This document shows, piece after piece, positions 1 to 7,300 of a stretch of 14,306 nt of DNA. The DNA lies in contig BTVJ01000134.1 in NCBI GenBank assembly GCA_045863395.1, positions 1 to 14,306 on the forward strand. The letters are read 5' to 3'. The notes beneath the pieces are model-generated. The model made no database searches. It was not told the origin of the DNA and saw nothing but the letters and a program-made list of their open reading frames with translations. Numbering within the stretch: position 1 is the first letter of the stretch; each line of letters begins with the position of its first letter. The DNA comes from Myxococcales bacterium (GTDB lineage Bacteria > Myxococcota_A > UBA9042 > JABWCM01 > BTVJ01). The position numbers and the translations under genes are program-made.

Positions 1-40
1 TTATCACAGAGACCCAGTTTCGCACGTTTGCTGCCATCCA

Positions 41-53
41 GTTTTCAAAGAGC
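41..53 (-). promoter_or_regulatory. boxA antitermination motif of a probable rRNA operon leader
   Basis: Minus strand reads GCTCTTTGAAAAC(TGGAT), matching the rrn boxA pattern (TGCTCTTTAACA in E. coli; NNTCTTTGAAAAC in many other bacteria). It lies directly downstream of a hairpin and ~40 nt downstream of a strong sigma70 -10 box. Confidence 0.75.
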
Positions 54-55
54 CA

Positions 56-79
56 GGGCCTGCGATTTGCATCCGGCCC
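56..79 (-). promoter_or_regulatory. boxB-like hairpin immediately upstream of boxA
   Basis: Inverted repeat GGGCC(56-60)/GGCCC(75-79) with inner TGC(61-63)/GCA(69-71) stem. Its position 2 nt before boxA fits the rrn boxB-boxA order. Confidence 0.6.
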
Positions 80-94
80 GTCAGGCGAGGAGTG

Positions 95-136
95 ATTATC
101 TTCAGGGCGTCTGCGATGTCAACCGCTTTTTTTCGC
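95..136 (-). promoter_or_regulatory. sigma70 promoter (rrn P2-like) firing leftwards
   Basis: Minus strand TTGACA(122-117)-N16-GATAAT(100-95), preceded by an A7 tract (UP-element-like). A 16-bp spacer is typical of rrn promoters. Confidence 0.75.
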
Positions 137-201
137 CCCTCGTCTTTTCAGCTCGTGCCGCCGTCCTGCGGCCCCAACCGCGTCGACCTGCGTCTTCGCG
201 G

Positions 202-223
202 CGTCCAGCATGGTCGCTGGACG
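202..223. other. perfect 8-bp GC-rich hairpin downstream of the response regulator gene
   Basis: CGTCCAGC(202-209)-ATGGTC-GCTGGACG(216-223). No U tract, so a terminator role is unproven. Confidence 0.35.
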
Positions 224-231
224 GGATGGCG

Positions 232-273
232 TATGTAGCGCGAGGGGCGTGTCGTGGTCAAGCGGTTTTTCGC
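232..273 (-). promoter_or_regulatory. second sigma70-like promoter (rrn P1-like)
   Basis: Minus strand GCGAAAAACCGC-TTGACC(261-256)-N18-TACATA(237-232). The upstream A-tract/-35 segment closely resembles that of the promoter at 117-136 (GCGAAAAAAAGCGG-TTGACA). The -10 box is weaker. Confidence 0.5.
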
Positions 274-319
274 ACCCGCGCCTACGCATTCAACAACCGC
301 TCGTATTTGCTGCGGTATT

Positions 320-1681
320 CTACGAGATGCCGTAGTCCTTCATCTTGTAGAGGAGCGCTCTGTGGCTGATCTCCAGGTGCTTCGACGCTGCGGTTCGGTT
401 CCCGCCGGTCTTCACCAGGGCCTTCCGGATGAGCTCCTCCTCGATGACGCGGGTCGTGCGCTTGATGGACAGCTCCCCGGACAGCAGGGTGAGCTTGATC
501 CGGTCGCGCGACTCGACGACCTTCTCTGGGAGCACGTCGACCGTCACTGCATCTCCCTCCGCGAGCACGATGGCCCGCTCGATGGTGTTCTCCAGCTCTC
601 GCACGTTGCCGGGCCAGCCGTACTCCATCAGGCACTTGAGGGCGTCCGGGAGGACGCGGTCGACGCCGACCCCGAGGCGAGCCGCCGTCTGCTTGATGAA
701 GTGGTCCACGAGGAGTGGGATGTCCTCTGGACGGTCGCGGAGCGGCACCACATGGATGGGGAGGACGTTGAGGCGGTAGTAGAGGTCCTCGCGAAACGCG
801 CCGCGCTTCACCTCAGCGGCCAGGTCGCGCACGGTGGCCGCAACCACGCGAACGTCGATGCGGGTCGAGCGCGTGTCACCGACCCGGCGGATCTCCTCCT
901 CCTGGAGCACGCGGAGCAGCTTCACCTGGAGCGCCAGCGGAAGCTCACCGATCTCGTCGAGGAACAGCGTCCCGCCGTTCGCCTCCTCGAAGAGGCCGCG
1001 CTTGTTCTGCCAGGCGTCCGTGAACGCCCCCTTGACGTAGCCGAACAGCTCGCTCTCCAGCAGGTTCTCGGGGATGGCGCCGCAGTTCACCGGGACGAAG
1101 GGCCCCTTCGCCCGCGGGGAGTGATTGTGGATCGCGTGGGCGACCAGCTCTTTGCCGGTGCCGCTCTCCCCCGTGATCAGGACCGTGCTCTTGTAGGCGG
1201 CGATCTTCTGAATGACCCGAAACAGGCGCATCATGGGCTCGCTGCGGGCCACGATTGTGTCAAAACTCGCGCTCCTGGACTGGCTCGCCTTCAGAGCAGC
1301 GTTCTCGCGCCGGAGTCGCTCCCGCTCCTCGGCCTTGCGCAGCGTGAGGAGCAGCTCGTCACCCTTGAAGGGTTTGGCGATGTAGTCGTAGGCACCGAGC
1401 TTCATGCACTCGAGCGCCGTCTCGTTGGAGCCGTAGGCGCTCATCATGATCGTAGTCGGGCGAAGGTGCAGGCGATCGAGGGCGCGCAGGAGATCCAGGC
1501 CGCCCATTTCGGGCATCTGCACGTCGCACAGCACCAGGTCGTAGGGATCCCGACCGAGAGCGGCCAGGGCCTGCTCTCCCGTGGTCGCCAGATCCACGGC
1601 GTAGCCCTCCTTGCGCAGGATGGTGCCCACCATCTCGCCAAAGCTCTTCTCGTCGTCGATCACCAGGATGCGCAGCTTCAA
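320..1681 (-). CDS. sigma54-dependent response regulator (NtrC/PilR family: REC + AAA+ + Fis-type HTH), 453 aa
   Basis: REC domain (ILVIDDE...LVLCDVQMP...MMSA...KP), Walker [21 protein letters not shown] loop, Walker [30 protein letters not shown]-terminal [27 protein letters not shown] start with GGAGG at 1686-1690. Confidence 0.96.
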   Translation of the reverse strand: MKLRILVIDDEKSFGEMVGTILRKEGYAVDLATTGEQALAALGRDPYDLVLCDVQMPEMGGLDLLRALDRLHLRPTTIMMSAYGSNETALECMKLGAYDYIAKPFKGDELLLTLRKAEERERLRRENAALKASQSRSASFDTIVARSEPMMRLFRVIQKIAAYKSTVLITGESGTGKELVAHAIHNHSPRAKGPFVPVNCGAIPENLLESELFGYVKGAFTDAWQNKRGLFEEANGGTLFLDEIGELPLALQVKLLRVLQEEEIRRVGDTRSTRIDVRVVAATVRDLAAEVKRGAFREDLYYRLNVLPIHVVPLRDRPEDIPLLVDHFIKQTAARLGVGVDRVLPDALKCLMEYGWPGNVRELENTIERAIVLAEGDAVTVDVLPEKVVESRDRIKLTLLSGELSIKRTTRVIEEELIRKALVKTGGNRTAASKHLEISHRALLYKMKDYGIS

Positions 1682-1751
1682 CGTTCCTCCACCATCAGCG
1701 GGTCAGAGCAGGGCATCAGCGCCATGCGCCCATAACATCTTTTCATACCAC

Positions 1752-1767
1752 CGCAAGATTTGCGCCG
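1752..1767 (-). promoter_or_regulatory. putative sigma54 -24/-12 promoter upstream of the response regulator
   Basis: Minus strand CGGCGCAAATCTTGCG = GG-N10-GC with TTGC at -12, in the relatively AT-rich 111-bp gap between kinase and regulator. Confidence 0.5.
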
Positions 1768-1792
1768 CCAGCCCCACGGTCGGCCGACGGCG

Positions 1793-3331
1793 TCAGGCGA
1801 TGTCACCCGCAGCATCCGCGGGATCATCCGGGGCGCAGGGCAGCTCGACGACGAAGGAGGTGCCGTCCCGTGGGGTGCTGCGCACGCGGATGTCGCCGCC
1901 GTAGGTGGTCACGATCGTGTGGCAGATGGAGAGACCGAGCCCCGTGCCAGCGCCGGGGCCCTTCGTGCTGAAGAAGGGATCGAAGATGCGGATCAGGTGC
2001 TCCTCCGGAATCCCCGGCCCCCTGTCCGCGACCTCCACGAGTGCCTTGTCGCCGTCGCGCCAGACGCGCACCGTCACCTGGCCCGCTCCGTCCATGGCAT
2101 CCGCCGCGTTGAGCAGGAGGTTGACGAGCACCTGCTGGAGGCGGCCGTCGTCGATGCGCACTCGGATGGAGGGCGCCTCGAAGATGGTGCTCGCCTTCAC
2201 GCTGCGGAAGCGCTTCTGCGGCGCCAGCAGCTTCAAGCTCCGGCGCGCCACGTCGCAGGCGTCCGCCGTGGCCGACGTCGCGCTCGTCGGGCGCGAGAAG
2301 TCGAGGAGATCCTTGATGATGACATTGACTCGCCGCGCCGCGGCGTCGATCTGCCCCGTGTAGTCGCGGAGCTCGTCCGGGGTGCAGTCGTCCCGCTGCA
2401 TCAGCTCGACGTATCCCAGGATGATGCTGATCGGGTTGCCGATCTCGTGGGCGATGCCGGCGGTCAGCAGGCCCACCGAGGCCAGCTTCTCGGAGCGGAC
2501 GAGGCTCCCGTGTGCATCCTGCAGACGGCGGTTCAGCTCCCGCGCCTCGCGGAGCTGGGCCTGGTGGCGCGTGGTCGCGTCCTTCAGGCGGGCCGAGAGG
2601 CGGTTGAAGGTCGTGGCGAGCACGTCCACCTCGTTTCCCTCCGGGTCCGGGAGCGCCGGACCCACCTCGAAGCCAAGCGCGGACGAACCCTCCACCTCGG
2701 TCGCGTGGAAGCGCTCCATGGACCGGATGACGCGGCGGACGGGGGCCACCACGAGCCGGGTGAGGACCAGGTGTCCGATGACGACGATGAACAGGAGCAC
2801 CACGGCCGCGAACAGGAAGACGAGGCGGTCGATGAGCTCCACTCGCTCCCGGATGTGCCTCGTGGGCATGACCAGCAGCAGGTCCGCGACACGGAGATCC
2901 TGGTCGGGCAGCTCCACCGATGCTCTTACCAGCAGGCGCTCTGCCGCGCCGGTCCCCACGTACGCGCTCGTGATCGCGCGGGTGCCCCCGCTCGCCCGCA
3001 GCACCTCGGCGTCGACGAGCAGACCGAGCTGCGGCCTCTGGCTCGCCAGAGCGGGCTCACCCAGACGGTCCAGGAGGATCGCGGCCTCCGCGCCCGCGGC
3101 CTCCGCGACGAGGTCCAGGCGCCGAAGCAGCTCCTCGGGCGCCTCCCCCTCCGCCCCTCGCTCCAGCGAGCGGGCCAGCACGGTTGCAAGGGTGTGCGCC
3201 TGGCGCGCGCGCTCCTCGCGGAGGGTGGCGGTCTGGACTCGAGCCGCAAACAGGTAGACCAGCCCGAGGCCAACGACGACGGCCACGGTGAGCGTGAGGA
3301 GGATCTGTAGTCGTAGGCCGATGCGCCTCAC
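1793..3331 (-). CDS. membrane sensor histidine kinase (2 TM, HAMP, HisKA, HATPase_c; NtrB/PilS-like), 512 aa
   Basis: H-box SEKLASVGLLTAGIAHEIGNP, N-box QQVLVNLLLNAADAM, G1 DRGPGI, F-box IFDPFFSTK, G2 GTGLGLSI. Two hydrophobic helices and a HAMP segment (PVRRV...NEVDVLATTFNRL). Start reassigned to GTG at 3331 (GAGGGG upstream) because the longer ORF to 3679 overlaps pilD. Confidence 0.94.
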   Translation of the reverse strand: MRRIGLRLQILLTLTVAVVVGLGLVYLFAARVQTATLREERARQAHTLATVLARSLERGAEGEAPEELLRRLDLVAEAAGAEAAILLDRLGEPALASQRPQLGLLVDAEVLRASGGTRAITSAYVGTGAAERLLVRASVELPDQDLRVADLLLVMPTRHIRERVELIDRLVFLFAAVVLLFIVVIGHLVLTRLVVAPVRRVIRSMERFHATEVEGSSALGFEVGPALPDPEGNEVDVLATTFNRLSARLKDATTRHQAQLREARELNRRLQDAHGSLVRSEKLASVGLLTAGIAHEIGNPISIILGYVELMQRDDCTPDELRDYTGQIDAAARRVNVIIKDLLDFSRPTSATSATADACDVARRSLKLLAPQKRFRSVKASTIFEAPSIRVRIDDGRLQQVLVNLLLNAADAMDGAGQVTVRVWRDGDKALVEVADRGPGIPEEHLIRIFDPFFSTKGPGAGTGLGLSICHTIVTTYGGDIRVRSTPRDGTSFVVELPCAPDDPADAAGDIA

Positions 3332-3353
3332 GGTCCCCTCGGCGGAGCGGCCC

Positions 3354-4310
3354 TCACAGCCCGAGCCAGCCGACGACGGCGTCCCGGATGAAGGACTCGA
3401 AGTACATCCACTCCAGCGCCGCAAGTGCAAGGAACGGACCGAAGGGGATCTCCATGGTGCGGAAGCCCTCTGGGGCCGGGTCGCCCGCGGCGCCCTCCAC
3501 GTCCACGTCGCCCTCCCCGTCCACGTCGCCCTCCACGTCCACGTCGCCCTCCCCGGCCTGCCCGCCAGCCGCTCTCTCCGCCCCGCCGCGCCCCACACCC
3601 GCCACGTAGAGCACGATGGCCGCCACCGTCCCCTGCAGGGAGGACGCGAAGAGGACGAACACGACCGCCTCGTAGCCAAGCCAGGCCCCGAGCATCGCCA
3701 TCATCACGAAGTCGCCGCCCCCCATGCCCTCGCGGCGCCGGACCAGCCAGTAGACCTGGATGATGAGGAAGATGATGCCACCGCCGAGCGCCGCGCCCAG
3801 GGCGGACGTCGCCAGGTCCACGCCAGTGAAGCTCCCGATGAACGGCGAGACGCCGAGGCCGACGACGAGCCCGCCGACCGACAGCTCGTGGGGGATGATC
3901 CGCAGGTCCAGATCGATGAACGTGATCGCGACCAGCAGCGCAACGAAGGTGAAGCGGAGCACCCAGACGGCGAGCACGTCGCCGAGCGCGGCGTCGGGGA
4001 CCATGCGGACCGCCAGCATGAAGGTGGCCAACGACAGGACGGCGGTCAGCAGCTCCACCAGGGGATAGCGGGGCGAGATCGGCGCGCCGCAGAAGGCACA
4101 GCGCGCACGGAGGGCGACCCAGGACAGGATCGGGACGTTGTGCCACCAGCGGAGCGTCGCCGAGCAGCGCGGGCAGTGGGACGGGGGGCGCACCACCGAG
4201 TGGCCGTGGGGCAGCCGGTGGATGACCACATTGAGAAAGGAGCCCCAGATGGCGCCCCACACGAAGGAGAGCGCTAGCCAGAAGGAGTACAGCTCGCCGG
4301 TGAGATCCAC
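3354..4310 (-). CDS. pilD: type IV prepilin peptidase / N-methyltransferase (peptidase A24A), 318 aa
   Basis: GSFLNVVIHRLP, two CxxC motifs (CPRC, CAFC) followed by ISPRYPLVE, catalytic Asp motifs FIDLD and GMGGGD, C-terminal IPFGPFLALA. Confidence 0.96.
   Translation of the reverse strand: MDLTGELYSFWLALSFVWGAIWGSFLNVVIHRLPHGHSVVRPPSHCPRCSATLRWWHNVPILSWVALRARCAFCGAPISPRYPLVELLTAVLSLATFMLAVRMVPDAALGDVLAVWVLRFTFVALLVAITFIDLDLRIIPHELSVGGLVVGLGVSPFIGSFTGVDLATSALGAALGGGIIFLIIQVYWLVRRREGMGGGDFVMMAMLGAWLGYEAVVFVLFASSLQGTVAAIVLYVAGVGRGGAERAAGGQAGEGDVDVEGDVDGEGDVDVEGAAGDPAPEGFRTMEIPFGPFLALAALEWMYFESFIRDAVVGWLGL
3491..3554. repeat. in-frame 18-bp tandem repeat (~3.5 copies) inside pilD
   Basis: Units CGCCCTCCACGTCCACGT (3491), CGCCCTCCCCGTCCACGT (3509), CGCCCTCCACGTCCACGT (3527), partial CGCCCTCCCC (3545). 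Encodes GEGDVDVEGDVDGEGDVDVEG. Confidence 0.93.
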
Positions 4311-4319
4311 GGGCGCGGC

Positions 4320-7300
4320 TCAGCGCACGGAGAAGGTGCCGACGCGGACCCTGTTGCCGCCGTCGTGGAGCACGCGCCCCCGGTCGAACTCCGTCACCTT
4401 CATGCGCTTGTCGTTGGCGGTGTTGTAGAAGCCGATCCACACGTCCTGGGGCCCGCCCGGGGTACCGAGCGGCACCTCCTGGGCGTACTCGTCCACGACG
4501 ATGTCACCGGGCATCCAGTGCCGGGTCTGGAAGCAACCGACACACCCCTTCTCCTCCGGGTCGCTGGACATGTTGAGGACGTAGTGGTCGCCGCCGATGC
4601 GGTTCGAGCTGCCTGGCTTGTCCACGTGCATGAACAGCCGCCAGCTCGTCGAGGTCTCCTTCAGCACCTTGAAATAGAAGAAGATCTTGAACTCTTCGCG
4701 GCCGCGCACCGCGTCGCTCTCCATGCGCCAGGCGACGAGCTCCAGGGTGTCCTCCCAGTTGACCGAGGTCCGCTTGATACCGGGTACTTGTGCGAGCTGC
4801 TCCTGCGTGATCACGTGGTCGGCGATCCAGTTGCGGCTCCGCTCGCCATCTTTGAGGTGGCTGGTGGCGAGGACGATGCGCGAGGAGCGGTCATCGAGCA
4901 CCGGAATGTGGCGTCCACCCGAGAGCTTGCGGAACTGGTGGTTGAGCTCGCTGAACGACAGCTTCGGCAGGAGGAAGAAGGTGCGGCCGCGCTCGGCCGC
5001 CGTCGCCCCGTGGTCGCGCGCGTCCTTGTGGTCGATGGTGTACGCGCTGCGGAAGCTGTCGTCGCGGCCCGACGACGGGCGCCCCTGGACGTGCAAGGTG
5101 TCCGCCGTGTTGGAGGTGATCGGGAGCTGGCGGCCGGCGCTGTCGATGAGCAGGAACCCCGCCCACTGGTTGTCGGTCCACCGCTTGTCCTCATCGACGA
5201 GGAGGCCGTCCTCCACCCGCTCGGCGATCCCCGCGTCACCGGGCCAGTCGCGCCGCCCGTCGCCGTCCAGGTCGTTGGCCTCCGTGAAGCCCTGCACCAC
5301 GCGGACCTGGGAGCGCCCCCCTTCCGTGGAGAGCTTCACGGGCACGTCCGCCTCGTTGAGCAGGATCTGCATGACGCGGCTGCGGTCCGAGACCTCGGGG
5401 ATCCCGCGCGTATAGAAGTTGTACTCGTCGCTCGCCCCTCCGAAGGAGCCGTGCTTGAAGAGGTCATCCTCCGGGCCGCCGGCGTTGGCCTCGCGCCAGG
5501 TGTCGATGATGTGCTTCTGCGACACGTGGAAGGAGAGGTCAGGCACGAAGCGCTGGGCATAGAGCATGGTGCTCAGAAGCGCGCACACCACGAACAGGGG
5601 GACGGCGACGCGGCCGCGCTCCATGTGGAGGAGCAGCCGCTCCCCGAGGCGCGCGGAGAGCAGGCGCCGGACCAGCCCATCCGGGCTGCCCGGGAGCAGG
5701 CGCGCGCCGATCGCTTCTCGGCGCCCCCACAGGGCGCTGAGGCCCAGCAACGCCATGAGCCCGAGCAGGATCTTCACGTCGCGGGCACCCCAGAAGACGT
5801 AGCGGATCGTGTCCTCGGGCTCGCCGTCCGGGTAGAGCTGCGGCACCAGCTCTCTCCACTTCTGTACGTAGGGGATCAGGATGGAGCCCGCGATGGCCAG
5901 GCCGCCAAGGACGATGGCTGCGAGCAGCCACCCGGGGCGGCTCGCCAGAGCCCGTGCGATGAGTGGCACGGCGATGAGGGCGGCGAGGCCGAGCAGGGCC
6001 CAGAGCTCCGGCGGGGTCATCCACGCCTCCTTGCTGAGGCGCACCGCCATGTACAGAAGCAGGGCTGCCGCGGCGCCCATGGCCGGGAGCCAGCGGTCGG
6101 CTCCGTTGGGGAAGGCGCGGCGGAGGCGGCCTGCGTCTGCCGGCGGCGACTGGGCGGCACCCGCGCCGAGGATGGCGGAGCCCACGAGGGCGACGCAGAG
6201 GGCCCAGAAAGCGGGATCCAGGAGCGTGCTCCCGATGCCGTAGCCCTCCGGGAAGCGGACGCGGGCGATGGCGTCGATGAGGCTCACCGCGCCGACGACG
6301 AGCAGGGCGGACAGGGCGACGCGGGGCTTTTCGAGACCGATCAAGGCCCAGCCGCGCGCCACGAGCCGACCGACGGCGCGAACGGGACGCGACGCGAGCT
6401 CCCGCCGGCGCCGCCCCCAGGCCGTAGCGGTCAAGACGAGGGCAACGAGCAGCGCCGCGAGGGCGAGGGCGCCGATCACGTGCTCGGGGCGCCCCAGCAC
6501 CTGAGAGGGGAAGGCGTGCTGCTCGGCGCCGAGCCGAGCGGCCTCGGGGAGCTTGAAGGCCGCGGAGAACCGGCCTCGCATGGAGAGGACCAGGTCTGCC
6601 GCGAGGGCGGCAGCGAGCACCGAGACAGTGACCGCCAGGGGGCGAGGGCGCTGGAAGAAGCGCGCGACACGCAGCGCGACCGACCCGAGCTGGGAGAACG
6701 CATTGATCAGCACGACGGTGCTCAGCAGGAGGATCGCCATGAGCGACCCCGGCGCCTTCAGGTCCACGGGGAACAGGAGCCCGCTCTTCTCTTTGGTGAA
6801 GGGCGGATCGTAGGCCAGGAACGACACCAGGGGCTCGGGGGATGCCTTGATGTCATGGACGAGGATCAAGAGGATGCCGCCGACGATGACGGCGGCGAAG
6901 CGGTCCAGGGAGCCCTCCGACAACAGGCGATCCAGCAGCAGGCCGAGGGCCACGGCCAGGGCCGGGGCCACGGGCAGGACGACGTGGGTGAAGTCCTTGA
7001 ACATCACCATGTGGAGGACGAGCGGCACGCAGAACCACAGGAAGATCAGCACCTGGACGCGACCGACGGTGCGGCTCTCCGCGTCGGCCTCGCGGGCGTC
7101 GGTGCCCCAGAAGGTCCGCGCGCCGGCCATCAGGCGACCCAGCGCAAAGGGGACCAATGCGGCCCAGGGCAGCGTCCCGAAGCCGAGCTGTCGGATGAAG
7201 TAGTCGAAGTTGCGGTTGTCGGGAGACGGCCCCTTGCCGTGCAGGCGGTTCATGAAGCGGAAGTGATCGAAGAAGGTCCACTCGTCGGGCGAGAACACGA

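Noticed and set aside
21..36. Minus-strand GG-N10-GC (TGGCAGCAAACGTGCG) resembling a sigma54 promoter
   Set aside because: Weak -12 element, and it lies downstream of boxA inside a probable rrn leader, which explains the region better.
56..71. Plus-strand GG-N10-GC (GGGCCTGCGATTTGCA)
   Set aside because: Poor -24 match, points at no gene, and coincides with the boxB-like hairpin.
3491..3554. Repeat considered as a CRISPR array
   Set aside because: Contiguous 18-bp units with no spacers, in-frame within a gene, and no cas genes nearby.
3332..3679. N-terminal extension of the kinase ORF with RATWTW repeats
   Set aside because: Alternative-frame reading of the pilD 18-bp repeat. A GTG with RBS at 3331 gives a normal kinase N-terminus.
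254..4277. Long plus-strand ORFs 254-1735, 1760-3310, 2382-3257 and 3288-4277
   Set aside because: Antisense shadows of well-supported minus-strand genes. Stop codons are scarce in high-GC DNA and no protein motifs are recognisable.
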